Source: Rhodomicrobium vannielii ATCC 17100
Lineage (GTDB): Bacteria; Pseudomonadota; Alphaproteobacteria; Rhizobiales; Rhodomicrobiaceae
Reading direction: 5' to 3'
Length of the DNA: 24,000 bases
NCBI RefSeq assembly: GCF_000166055.1
Contig: NC_014664.1
Coordinates: 807,927-831,926 of the forward strand
This document shows, piece after piece, positions 8,104 through 17,402 of the stretch. A model generated the notes under the pieces. It worked only from the letters and a program-made list of their open reading frames with translations. It was not told the DNA's origin and did not search any database. The translations under genes were made by a program, and so were the position numbers. Within the stretch, counting starts at the first letter, position 1. The number at the start of each line of letters is the position of its first letter.

Positions 8104-9105
8104 TCAAAGTGCGAAATGTTCGAAGCCTTTGGCCGAAAGGATGAGCGGTTCGCCCGATGGGCCGAGAAAGGCAGGGGGTGACGCGCCTTCCGCGAGCGTT
8201 CCGATGCGGAAGACAGGGCAACCGGCGTCGCGGGCGGTGGCCTCGAAGGCGAGCGAATGCGATGCGGTGTCGGGCGGCACGGCCGCGAGGATTTCGTAAT
8301 CGTCCCCGCCGGCGATGATCGCTTCGATGAGGGCCGGGCAGGCGGCGACTGCAGAGCGCGCGGCTTCGGACAAGGGCAGGGCGCTCGCATCGACCGAGGC
8401 TGTCACGCCCGAAGCGGTACAAAGCCGCGTGAGATCGAGCGCAAGCCCGTCCGACAAATCCATCGCGGCTGAAGCGTGCGCGGCAAGCGCGGGCCGAAGT
8501 GAAACGCGCGGCTCGGGATAGAGATAGCGGCGCGCGAGATGTTCCGTCTCATCCGCAGAAAGCGCCCCGGCGAAGTCGTCAAGGCCGAGCCGCATCTTGA
8601 GGCCGAGCGCCGCGTCGCCGAGCGTGCCGGTGACATAAAGCACGTCGCCGGGCCTGCCGCCGCCGCGGACAAGCGGACGCGCCGGGGCATCGCCAAGCGC
8701 CGTCACCGAAAGCCACCACGGGCCTCGCGCCGTTACCGTATCCCCGCCGATGAGGCTCACGCCAAACGCAGCCTGCGCGCGGGCGAGTCCCTCCGCGAAG
8801 GCACGCGCCCAATCTTCGGTGGGCGCGGCGGGAAGTGCGAGCGTCAGAAGATAGGCGAAGGGCTTTGCAGCCTTGGCAGCAAGGTCGGACACATTTACCG
8901 CGACCGCCTTGTAAGCCGCATCGCCCGGATCGTCGTTCTCGAAGAAATGCACACCAGCGACGAGAGCGTCGGTCGTCATCACAAGCCCGTTCGGCGGCAG
9001 GTCGGATAGATGCGCCGCGTCGTCAGACAGGCCGAACGCGCCCGGATGCGTCGCGAGCGGCGCCAGTATCTCTGCGATGAGCGCGTTTTCACCGAGCCTG
9101 CGCAT
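8104..9105 (-). CDS. thiL: Thiamine-monophosphate kinase
   Basis: GLSDDAAHL...LVMTTDALVAGVHF...AVAVNVSDLAAKAAKPFAYLLTLALP...GGDTVTARGPWWLSVTALGD: ThiL motifs. Lies downstream of nusB, as is common in alphaproteobacteria. Confidence 0.95.
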   Translation of the reverse strand: MRRLGENALIAEILAPLATHPGAFGLSDDAAHLSDLPPNGLVMTTDALVAGVHFFENDDPGDAAYKAVAVNVSDLAAKAAKPFAYLLTLALPAAPTEDWARAFAEGLARAQAAFGVSLIGGDTVTARGPWWLSVTALGDAPARPLVRGGGRPGDVLYVTGTLGDAALGLKMRLGLDDFAGALSADETEHLARRYLYPEPRVSLRPALAAHASAAMDLSDGLALDLTRLCTASGVTASVDASALPLSEAARSAVAACPALIEAIIAGGDDYEILAAVPPDTASHSLAFEATARDAGCPVFRIGTLAEGASPPAFLGPSGEPLILSAKGFEHFAL

Positions 9106-9212
9106 GCCACACCGTACGAGACTGCGCCGCGCCGGAAAGACGCACAGAAGCTGATCGACAACAGAAACTTGCAGCGTCGAGCCGCGTGCGATTTGTGGTA
9201 CGCTGCACCGTC

Positions 9213-9770
9213 TCAGTTCTCGCTCGAATCATCCCCGAACCTGGTTGCGGCCTTTGTCGGGCCGCCCTTGCCGCCGGATTTCCTGCCGAATTCGCGCGAT
9301 CGCTTTGCTCGCGCCACGCGGTCGAGAACGCCGTTCACCACGCCCGGTTCCTCGCCGCCGAAGAAATCCTTGGCGATCTCGACATATTCGTTGATGACAG
9401 CGCGCGCGGGGACATCGTTGCGGTCGGTCAGTTCGTAAACGCCCGAACGCAGGATCGCCCGCAGGATGCTGTCGATGCGCGACAGCTTCCAGCCCGAGGC
9501 GAGATGGGCCGCGATTTCGAGATCGATCTTCGCCTGTCCGCGCGCGATGCCCTCCACGATGTCGCGGAAGAACGAACGGTCCGCGCCCGCATAGATTTCC
9601 ACGGTCTCGAAACGGCGGCCGAGGAACTCCTGAAGCACGAGACTGAGGTCGCGCTGCGTCATTTCCATCTGATAGAGCGCCTGCACGGCAGCAAGTCGCG
9701 CGCGCGTTCGAGGCTGTCCTGCCGGCAGGTCCGCTTTCGGGCCTGCGTCGTGACCGTCGTCCAAGTCCAT
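9213..9770 (-). CDS. nusB: Transcription antitermination protein NusB
   Basis: RTRARLAAVQALYQMEMTQ...SRIDSILRAILRSGVYELTDRNDVPARAVINEYVEIAKDFFGGEEPGVVNGVLDRVAR: NusB family signature. Confidence 0.97.
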   Translation of the reverse strand: MDLDDGHDAGPKADLPAGQPRTRARLAAVQALYQMEMTQRDLSLVLQEFLGRRFETVEIYAGADRSFFRDIVEGIARGQAKIDLEIAAHLASGWKLSRIDSILRAILRSGVYELTDRNDVPARAVINEYVEIAKDFFGGEEPGVVNGVLDRVARAKRSREFGRKSGGKGGPTKAATRFGDDSSEN

Positions 9771-9887
9771 CTTCCAAAGCTTTCGTTAAATCGGCGAGTC
9801 GCCCGCGCAACTCGCGTCGATCATATCAGACCCGCAATCCGCAAAAGCGGCGTGGGGATGCGTTCAAGTATCGCGCAAGAGTCGCGC

Positions 9888-10346
9888 TTACCGGCGAAAC
9901 GCACGCTTCAGGCGAAGCACCTCAAGGCACGCCAGAACGGCCTCGCGGCCCTTGTTCTTGCGGTTAACGTCAGCCCGAGCAAGCGCCTGCGCCTCGTTCT
10001 CGACCGTCAGGATCGCGTTGCCGAACGGAATGCCGTGCCGGATCGCGAGCGAAAGAAGTTGATGCGCCGATTCGTTCGCGACGATGTCGTAATGCGAGGT
10101 TTCGCCCCGGATCACGCAGCCGAGCGCCACGCAGCCGTGAAAAGGCCGGTCGCCGCCCTCGTCGAAGAGATCCGCATCCTTGGCGAGCGCCAGAACCTGC
10201 GGAATTTCGAGCGCGCCGGGGACCGTCTTCACTTCCCACGTTGCGCCGGCTTCGTCGAGCGCGCGCGTCGCGCCCTCAAGCAGCGCATCGCCGATGTGGT
10301 TATAATAGCGGCCTTCGATGATGAGGATATGAACGGGTTTTGTCAT
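9888..10346 (-). CDS. ribH: 6,7-dimethyl-8-ribityllumazine synthase
   Basis: VHILIIEGRYYNHIGDALLEGATRALDEAG...VPGALEIPQVL...GCVALGCVIRGETSHYDIVANESAHQLLSLAI...GNAILTVENEAQALARA: lumazine synthase motifs. Confidence 0.97.
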   Translation of the reverse strand: MTKPVHILIIEGRYYNHIGDALLEGATRALDEAGATWEVKTVPGALEIPQVLALAKDADLFDEGGDRPFHGCVALGCVIRGETSHYDIVANESAHQLLSLAIRHGIPFGNAILTVENEAQALARADVNRKNKGREAVLACLEVLRLKRAFRR

Positions 10347-11503
10347 TGGTCTTCGATGGGGCGTCGCGCGATGATGTTGAGGCCGTAGCCTTCGAGTCCG
10401 ACGACTTTCGGCGTCGGTGAGTTAGACAGAAGGACCATGTTCTTGACGCCGAGATCAAGCAGGATCTGCGCGCCGATGCCGTAATCGACAAGACGGTTCT
10501 CGGGCGCCTTGCCTTCGGCGATGGCAGCGACGTTCGACAGCCTCGAACGGATCGTGCCCTCGCGCACATCGCGGATGACGACGACCACGCCGCGCTCCTC
10601 CTCGCCGATGCGGCGCATGGCGCGCTCGACGAGCGAACGGCGGTTGTCGTCGTTCCGGCCAACACCGAACAGATCTTCGAGGATGTTGACCGCGTGCATG
10701 CGCACCAGCACCGGCTCGGGGCCGGACACGTCGCCCTTGATAAGCGCGAGATGCTCGGTGTTGTCCACCTCGTTCACATAGACGCGGAGCTTGAAGGCTC
10801 CGCCGTATGGGCTGTTGATGTCGCGCTCGTCCACCTGCTTCACGAAGCTTTCGGTGCGGCGACGATGGGCGATGAGGTCGGCGATGGTGCCGATCTTGAG
10901 GCCGTGCCGCTGCGCGAAGGCGAGCAGATCCGGCATGCGCGCCATGGTGCCGTCGTCGTTCATCACCTCGCAGATGACGCCCGCCGGGAGCAAACCCGCG
11001 AGCCGAGCGAGATCGACGGCGGCTTCGGTGTGGCCCGCGCGCACGAGCACGCCGCCTTCCTGCGCGATGAGCGGGAAGACGTGGCCGGGGCTCACGATGT
11101 CCTGGAAATCCTTCTCCGGATTGATGGCGACGGAGACGGTATGCGCGCGGTCGAAGGCCGAAATGCCGGTGGTGATGCCTTCCTTCGCCTCGATGGAGAC
11201 GGTGAATGCGGTGCGATTGCGCGAGCGGTTCGAGCGCGCCATGTGCTCAAGGTGCAGCACGTCCGCGCGCTCCGGCGTGATCGCGAGGCAGATCAGCCCG
11301 CGCCCGAACCGCGCCATGAAGTTGATCGCATCGGGTGTCGCCATCTGCGCGGGGATGACGAGGTCGCCTTCGTTCTCGCGGTCCTCGGCGTCGACGAGGA
11401 TGAACATGCGCCCCTGCCGCGCGTCTTCGAGGATTTCATCGATCGAGGCGAGCTGGTCGCGGATGACGGCGGGGTCGAGAACGCGCAACTGGTCGGGTTT
11501 CAT
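10343..11503 (-). CDS. ribBA: 3,4-dihydroxy-2-butanone-4-phosphate synthase fused to a degenerate GTP cyclohydrolase II-like domain (RibBA/RibBX type)
   Basis: RibB half intact: DAEDRENEGDLVIPAQ...GITTGISAFDRAHTV...SPGHVFPLIAQEGGVLVRAGHTEAAVDLARLAGL. The RibA-like half has RMHAVNILEDLFGVGRNDDN where active GCHII has HSECLTGD...LRCDCG. Confidence 0.94.
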   Translation of the reverse strand: MKPDQLRVLDPAVIRDQLASIDEILEDARQGRMFILVDAEDRENEGDLVIPAQMATPDAINFMARFGRGLICLAITPERADVLHLEHMARSNRSRNRTAFTVSIEAKEGITTGISAFDRAHTVSVAINPEKDFQDIVSPGHVFPLIAQEGGVLVRAGHTEAAVDLARLAGLLPAGVICEVMNDDGTMARMPDLLAFAQRHGLKIGTIADLIAHRRRTESFVKQVDERDINSPYGGAFKLRVYVNEVDNTEHLALIKGDVSGPEPVLVRMHAVNILEDLFGVGRNDDNRRSLVERAMRRIGEEERGVVVVIRDVREGTIRSRLSNVAAIAEGKAPENRLVDYGIGAQILLDLGVKNMVLLSNSPTPKVVGLEGYGLNIIARRPIEDQ

Positions 11504-12102
11504 GAGTTTTCAGCCTGTTGTCCGAGCAGCCGCGCCACGTATCGCGCGATAAGGTCGACCTCCATGTTGATGGAGTCGCCCGGCTGCTTCCCGCCGAATA
11601 TGGTGACTTCGAGCGTGGTCGGAATGAGATTGATGGTGAAAAGCGAGCCGTCCACATCGTTGATGGTGAGCGACACGCCGTCGAGCGCGACCGATCCCTT
11701 CGGCGCGATGAATTTTGCGAGCGCGTCCGGCGCGCGGATGGCGAAGATCTTCGAGAAGCCCTCCGGCGTGATGCTCTCGATGCGGGCGACGCCGTCGACA
11801 TGGCCCGAGACGAGATGCCCGCCCATTTCATCGCCGAAGCGAAGGGAGCGTTCGAGGTTGATCTTGCGCCCCTTGGCCCATCCTCCGAGCGTGGTCTTCG
11901 ACAGCGTCTCGTTGGAGACGTCGACGCGGAAGATCGAGCCGCCGCCGAACGAGTCGACGCCGGTAACGGTGAGGCAGCATCCGTCGCAGGCGATGGACGC
12001 CCCATGCACGATGCCCGTGGCCTCCCACGGACAGGCGATGGCGAAGCGGCCGTTATCGGCCTCAAGGACAGTGCCTTGTGCGGTGATGATTCCGGTGAAC
12101 AT
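11500..12102 (-). CDS. ribE: Riboflavin synthase, alpha subunit
   Basis: MFTGIITAQGTVLEADNGRFAIACP...GASIACDGCCLTVTGVD...LNLERSLRFGDEMGGHLVSGHVDGV...VALDGVSLTINDVDGSLFTINLIPTTLEVT: duplicated lumazine-binding domain. Confidence 0.97.
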   Translation of the reverse strand: MFTGIITAQGTVLEADNGRFAIACPWEATGIVHGASIACDGCCLTVTGVDSFGGGSIFRVDVSNETLSKTTLGGWAKGRKINLERSLRFGDEMGGHLVSGHVDGVARIESITPEGFSKIFAIRAPDALAKFIAPKGSVALDGVSLTINDVDGSLFTINLIPTTLEVTIFGGKQPGDSINMEVDLIARYVARLLGQQAENS

Positions 12103-12105
12103 GCG

Positions 12106-13302
12106 TCAATTCTGCCAGTGTGCGGTTGAGCGATAAATGGAAATCGTGTCCGCGCCCGCTTTTCTTTTGTCGAACAGCGTGAATTGGGGCGAGGCGGCAA
12201 CGAGGTCGAGGCCGCGGTCGCCGAAAGGCGGCATGCCCGCCTGCGGGTCGAGGGTTTGGGTGCCCTGCATGATGATGACTTCGTCGGCAAGCCCCGCGTC
12301 GATGAAGCCGCGCGCGGTGGATGGCCCGCCTTCGACGAGAAGGCGCGTGATGCCTTCCGCTGCGACCCGCATCATCGCGAGCCGGAGATTGAGGCGACCC
12401 GTCAGCGATGCGCCGATGTCGAGCACGCGCACGCCGGGGCGGCCGAAGAACGCGGCGCCCTCCGTCGAGTCGCCGCAGACGATCCACACCGGCGGGCGCT
12501 CATTGGCGAAGAGTTTTGCTGCGGGCGGGACATTGCAGCGAGAGGCGAGCACCACGCGAACCGGCGAGCGGTCGGCGAGGCCCGGCAGGCGGCATGTGAG
12601 TTCGGGGTCGTCGGCTTCAACCGTCTTGCGGCCGACGAGGATGGCGTCGGCGCGGGCGCGAAGCAGATGCGCTGCGGCGCGGGCGACATCGCCGGTGATG
12701 AACACGGGCTTGCCGTTTCCGAGGGGTACAAAGCCTGCCGCGTCGACCGCGAGTTTGACCTGAACGAAAGGCCGCCGCTCGGTCACGCGTAAGGAGTGGC
12801 CGAGGTGCAGCCAGTCGCAATCGCGCACGAAAGCGGGCGTGCCACGTGTTGCGCGTACGCCGTGTTGCGCCACATAGGTCAGGCCTCGGCCCCCGACGCG
12901 CGTGTCGGGGTCTAGAGAGCCGTAGATCAAATGAGAAATGCCAGCGTTCACGATGCTATGCGCGCATGGAGGCGTCGCGCCGAAATGGCTGCACGGCTCA
13001 AGCGTGGTGATGATGAGCGCGCCTTTCGCCCGGTCGCCCGCCTCGCGAAGCGCCAGCACCTCCGCATGAGGACGCCCGCCGCGCGCTGTCGCCGCGCTGG
13101 CGATGATCTCGCCGGTTCGCGCGTCTGCCACAACCGCGCCGACGCTCGGGTTGGGCGATGTCGCGCCGATGTTGGTTTGCGCAACGAAAAGAGCGCGGCG
13201 GCAAAGTGCGTCGATGACCGGCGATGAAAGGGGCAACGGCGCGGCGTTATCCGGCGACGTCGTTGGCGTTGCGTTAAGGGAAGTTGCGGCACGGTCGTTC
13301 AT
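12106..13302 (-). CDS. ribD: Bifunctional diaminohydroxyphosphoribosylaminopyrimidine deaminase / 5-amino-6-(5-phosphoribosylamino)uracil reductase
   Basis: [16 protein letters not shown]...[23 protein letters not shown]...[24 protein letters not shown] (deaminase zinc motif). C-terminal reductase domain ...[22 protein letters not shown]...[14 protein letters not shown]. Confidence 0.96.
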   Translation of the reverse strand: MNDRAATSLNATPTTSPDNAAPLPLSSPVIDALCRRALFVAQTNIGATSPNPSVGAVVADARTGEIIASAATARGGRPHAEVLALREAGDRAKGALIITTLEPCSHFGATPPCAHSIVNAGISHLIYGSLDPDTRVGGRGLTYVAQHGVRATRGTPAFVRDCDWLHLGHSLRVTERRPFVQVKLAVDAAGFVPLGNGKPVFITGDVARAAAHLLRARADAILVGRKTVEADDPELTCRLPGLADRSPVRVVLASRCNVPPAAKLFANERPPVWIVCGDSTEGAAFFGRPGVRVLDIGASLTGRLNLRLAMMRVAAEGITRLLVEGGPSTARGFIDAGLADEVIIMQGTQTLDPQAGMPPFGDRGLDLVAASPQFTLFDKRKAGADTISIYRSTAHWQN

Positions 13303-13778
13303 TTGTCGTCCGAGGCGCGTACGAAGGCGGCGCTGTCAAGCTCGCCCAGCACGCGGTGGAAGTCTTTCGCCTCGCTGAAATCGCGATAAACGCTCGCGTA
13401 ACGGACGTAGGCCACGCCATCGAGCGCCTTAAGCCCCTCCATCACGTGGCGGCCCACGATCTCGGAGGGGATTTCCGACTCGTTCGAGATTTCGAGCTTG
13501 CGCACGATTTCGCTCACGAACTGCTCGATGCGATCCTCGCCGATGGGGCGCTTGCGCGTCGCGATCTCGATCGAACGACGAAGCTTCTCGCGGTCGAACG
13601 GCACGCGCCGTCCGCTCCGCTTGATGATCGTCAGTTCGCGAAGCTGGACGCGCTCGAACGTGGTGAAGCGCGCCCCGCATTCGGGGCAGGACCGCCGCCG
13701 CCGGATCGCCGTGTGATCCTCCGACGGGCGGCTATCGCGCACTTGGGTATCAAGCGCACCGCAAATAGGGCACCGCAT
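13299..13778 (-). CDS. nrdR: Transcriptional repressor NrdR
   Basis: [70 protein letters not shown]: zinc ribbon plus ATP-cone. Start at ATG 13778 rather than the longer ORF start. Confidence 0.97.
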   Translation of the reverse strand: MRCPICGALDTQVRDSRPSEDHTAIRRRRSCPECGARFTTFERVQLRELTIIKRSGRRVPFDREKLRRSIEIATRKRPIGEDRIEQFVSEIVRKLEISNESEIPSEIVGRHVMEGLKALDGVAYVRYASVYRDFSEAKDFHRVLGELDSAAFVRASDDK

Positions 13779-13816
13779 GGTTCGGCCTGCTCTGGCGGGT
13801 TGCCCGCCGCTTGTCT

Positions 13817-15118
13817 TTACGCCTTGATGCCCGGATAGATCGGGAAGCGCTCGCACAGCGCCAGCGCCTCGGCCTTGACCTTCTCTTGTGCCTTGGTGGC
13901 AGCATCGCCGCCAGTCTTCAGGCCTTCCAGCACATCGACGATCAGCCCGCCGATCTTCGAGAACTCGGCGACGCCGAAGCCGCGCGTGGTGCCAGCCGGT
14001 GAGCCGACGCGAATGCCGGAGGTGATTGTCGGCTTCTCGGTATCGTAGGGAACGCCGTTCTTGTTGACAGTAATGTGGGCGTGCCCGAGGGCCGCTTCCA
14101 CAGCCTTGCCGGTGAGGCCCTTGGGGCGCAGGTCGACGAGCAGCAGGTGATTGTCGGTGCCGCCGGAGACGAGATCGACGCCGCCTTCCTTCAGGCTCGC
14201 GCCGAGCGCCTTCGCGTTGTCGACCACGGCCTTCGCGTATTGCTTGAATTCCGGCTTCAGCGCTTCGCCGAACGCCACCGCCTTCGCGGCGATGATGTGC
14301 ATCAGCGGGCCGCCCTGAAGGCCGGGGAAGATCGCCGAATTGACCTTCTTCGCGAGGTCGGCGTCATTCGTCAGGATGATCGCGCCACGCGGACCGCGCA
14401 ACGTTTTGTGCGTGGTGGTCGTGGCGAAATGCGCGTGCGGGAACGGGCTTGGATGCTGGCCGCCCGCGACGAGCCCGGCGAAATGCGCCATGTCGACAAG
14501 GAGCAGCGCACCCACTTCGTCCGCGATCTCGCGGAAGCGCTTGAAATCGAACTGGCGCGCATAGGCGGACCCGCCCGCGATGATGAGCTTCGGCTTGTGC
14601 TCCTTCGCGAGGCGCTCGACCTGCTCGTAATCGATGGTGCTGTCCTCGCGGCGCACGCCGTAATGAATGGCGTTGAACCACTTGCCCGACTGGTTCGGCG
14701 CGGCGCCGTGGGTGAGATGGCCGCCCATGTCGATGCCCATGCCGAGGATCGTGTCGCCGGGCTTCAGGACCGCGAGAAACACGCCCTGATTGGCCTGGCT
14801 GCCGGAATGAGGCTGCACATTCGCGAAGTCGCAGCCGAAAAGCTGCTTGGCGCGGGCGATGGCGAGTTCCTCGGCCACGTCGACTTCATGGCAGCCGCCG
14901 TAGTAGCGCTTGCCCGGATAGCCTTCCGCATATTTGTTGGTGAGAACCGACCCTGCGGCCTCGATCACGGCGCGGGATACATAGTTTTCGGACGCGATCA
15001 GCTCGATTTCATCGCGCTGTCGTTCAAGCTCGCGGCCGAGCACTTTATAGATGTCGGGATCGGCGTCGGAAAGCGGCGCGGAAAAAAACGATGCGACGGC
15101 GGAAGATGCGGTGGACAT
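13817..15118 (-). CDS. glyA: Serine hydroxymethyltransferase
   Basis: [61 protein letters not shown]...[15 protein letters not shown]-type motif ([17 protein letters not shown]). Start at ATG 15118. Confidence 0.98.
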   Translation of the reverse strand: MSTASSAVASFFSAPLSDADPDIYKVLGRELERQRDEIELIASENYVSRAVIEAAGSVLTNKYAEGYPGKRYYGGCHEVDVAEELAIARAKQLFGCDFANVQPHSGSQANQGVFLAVLKPGDTILGMGIDMGGHLTHGAAPNQSGKWFNAIHYGVRREDSTIDYEQVERLAKEHKPKLIIAGGSAYARQFDFKRFREIADEVGALLLVDMAHFAGLVAGGQHPSPFPHAHFATTTTHKTLRGPRGAIILTNDADLAKKVNSAIFPGLQGGPLMHIIAAKAVAFGEALKPEFKQYAKAVVDNAKALGASLKEGGVDLVSGGTDNHLLLVDLRPKGLTGKAVEAALGHAHITVNKNGVPYDTEKPTITSGIRVGSPAGTTRGFGVAEFSKIGGLIVDVLEGLKTGGDAATKAQEKVKAEALALCERFPIYPGIKA

Positions 15119-15322
15119 ACGGCCTCTGAGTAGCAATGGGTGCTGCGCGCTGGGCAGTATAGAAACTTCCGGCGAGATTGCAATCAAAGGGGCCGATTTT
15201 GCGAGGGTCGCCGCTTGCGATTGCAATTCGACGGCAATTTTCCCGCACCTCCACCCAGACGGAAAAGCCACGCTTTGGCCTCCGGGGAAAACGCTCACTT
15301 TATATATATAGTCCTCGCTCGA

Positions 15323-16891
15323 TCACTCCGAAACGCGCGAATATTCGCGGTCGTTGCCTGAGCCGTTGGCGTGCCCGTTGGCGCGCGGCGGTGGAGCCGA
15401 CGCCGGGATCTTGAGCTGCGGGCGAGGCTGCTCCGCGCGGGGCTCAATGTGCATCGACGCCTCGATATCCTGCCAGACCTGCCGCAGGCGCTGAACGTGC
15501 AGATCGTCGAGGATCACCCGCACGAGATGCTCGATGACCTCGATATTGACCCAGGACGACAGCGCCTTGTCGAAATCGCGATAGGTGGCTTCGAGCGGCC
15601 GGATGCCGAAATCGCGCATGATGTTGGTCTTGCCGTCGTTCGCGAGCAGGACCGAGCCGACCATGTGCTTCAGACCCATCGGGGCCGCCGGATCGAGCAC
15701 CGCGTGTTCGAGATCGAAAATGGTGCGGAGGTTGAGCTTCCTTAAAAGGAGAAAGCGCTGCGGCCCGACAGCGGCGCATAGCTGCGCCTGCGCGATCCAG
15801 TCCATTATAATAAAGACACAGAATGGCGTCTCGACATGCAGCATGATCGGGTTGGCGGTCGCGAGGTTCTGCACATTTGCGATGCGGCGTTCTTCAAGGC
15901 GGTAGGACGTCATGAAGTCGATGCCGTCGATGACGGTGAGCGGCGTGATGGCGTTGTGCTTTGAGCCGGAATAGCGGCGATCCAGCGTGAGGCGTGCCTT
16001 TCGCGCCGCCCAGGTGAAGGCCGCATCCGGCACAAAGCCGATGGCGAAGGCGAATAGAAGCCAGATTTTCGGCAAGGGAGCGGGCAACGCGGGTATGGCA
16101 GTCGCTTCGGCGGCGGCCTGTGCCTTGTGCTCGGCTGCGAGTTGCTGCGACGAAGTCGAAAGCATGCTCGTGACCGTTTTCGTCTCGGGAGCGACGCGCC
16201 AGATTACCACCGCGAGCATGACCGCGAAGAGGATGTGAAAGAAGGCGCGCAGCGGCGTTATCACGGAGAAGTCGAACGAAATCAGCGATTTGATGAATAG
16301 TCGGACGCTGTAGAGATACGCACCGGCGAAAGCGAGCGATGCGATGGTGACCACGTTTTCGTAGTCCTTCGGCGTGGGTGCGCTGAGGCCACCGATGCTG
16401 AACACATTCGCGCCAAGCGAGCCGCCGAGGATATCCGGCAATTGGTCGGCGGGCAGGAAGAGGACGAAGAAGCCTGCAGCGGTGAAGAGCACGAAGGGGA
16501 GGCATGCCACGGCAATCAGCCAGTCATGCAGCGTCGTGAACGGATAAGGCGCGGGTGTGGTTTGTGCGGGCGCGGCTCGTGCGGGCGCGGCCTGGGTCGC
16601 CTGCGCCTCATCCTCGCGCGTGACGTATTTGCGCTTCAGGAATTCGAAATAGAGGTCTGTGCGCGGGCCGGGATCGAGCGTTTCGCGAATGAGGCCTGCG
16701 GTGCGAAGCCGATCGAGGCGTGTCTGATGCCGAACGATCATGAAGACGGCGGGGAGAAGCAGCGCGAAAAACAGCCCCAGGATCAGGGCGAGGCTTACGG
16801 GCACCGGGTGTTGCTGGATTACCAACCACAGGGCGAGGGTCGAGAGCAGCCCGAGCGAAAGGGCGCTCATGCTCGCGGGTGAGTACTTCAT
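15323..16891 (-). CDS. Large multi-pass membrane protein of unknown function (522 aa)
   Basis: Several hydrophobic segments (ALSLGLLSTLALWLVIQ, VSLALILGLFFALLLPAVFMIV, WLIAVACLPFVLFTAAGFFVLFL, FFHILFAVMLAVVIW, IWLLFAFAIGFVPDAAFTWAA) and a long soluble C-terminal region with proline-rich tail. Confidence 0.85.
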   Translation of the reverse strand: MKYSPASMSALSLGLLSTLALWLVIQQHPVPVSLALILGLFFALLLPAVFMIVRHQTRLDRLRTAGLIRETLDPGPRTDLYFEFLKRKYVTREDEAQATQAAPARAAPAQTTPAPYPFTTLHDWLIAVACLPFVLFTAAGFFVLFLPADQLPDILGGSLGANVFSIGGLSAPTPKDYENVVTIASLAFAGAYLYSVRLFIKSLISFDFSVITPLRAFFHILFAVMLAVVIWRVAPETKTVTSMLSTSSQQLAAEHKAQAAAEATAIPALPAPLPKIWLLFAFAIGFVPDAAFTWAARKARLTLDRRYSGSKHNAITPLTVIDGIDFMTSYRLEERRIANVQNLATANPIMLHVETPFCVFIIMDWIAQAQLCAAVGPQRFLLLRKLNLRTIFDLEHAVLDPAAPMGLKHMVGSVLLANDGKTNIMRDFGIRPLEATYRDFDKALSSWVNIEVIEHLVRVILDDLHVQRLRQVWQDIEASMHIEPRAEQPRPQLKIPASAPPPRANGHANGSGNDREYSRVSE

Positions 16892-17402
16892 ACAAGTCTC
16901 CCGGCTTTTACTTGCTTAGGATTTCAAGGAAGCCAATACACAACTGTTCTTCGCAACAAGCCGCAAGTTATCTTTGAGATGTTCGTGGACAGAACGCGCA
17001 GCCTTTCCGAACCCGGTCGGGTGTGTGTCCTGCGGGTCACTTTGCGGAGCATTTCGGTCGACAGCTTTTTTTGTGAGCGCAATCGAAATTTCGCCGAAAG
17101 CGCCTTGGAAAATGATGCCGTTTAAGTCTTAAACATTCGTGCGCTGGTTTGACGCACAAACCGTTGAAGTCGAGTGTGTCAAACGGTGAAAACTTTTTAC
17201 AGGTTCTGACATAAGCCGTTACATTTAAAAAGATTAACGCGGGTCATTACAATTTTAATGGCCTGTATCCGTTGGCGGATAATGAGGCTCTACAGCGTGG
17301 TATGCAAAATATGCATGCCAGCCAATCGCGGGGTGCTTCCTAATTTACGCCTTATTTACCCTCTCAATCGCGCCGGTCGGAAGTTGACAAGGAAAGGTTG
17401 TG

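Noticed and set aside
7965-9105. Possible TPP riboswitch near thiL or FMN riboswitch near the rib genes
   Set aside because: Looked for conserved riboswitch core strings (e.g. CUGAGA-type TPP motif, RFN-element pattern) in the gaps and leaders. None recognisable by eye; thiL and the rib genes are closely packed. A covariance-model scan would be needed to be definitive.
9186-10388. 400-aa plus-strand ORF
   Set aside because: Overlaps nusB and ribH in antisense; no domain features.
10694-12136. 480-aa ORF on the plus strand
   Set aside because: Opposite ribBA/ribE, which both match known families. The product is compositionally biased and has no motif.
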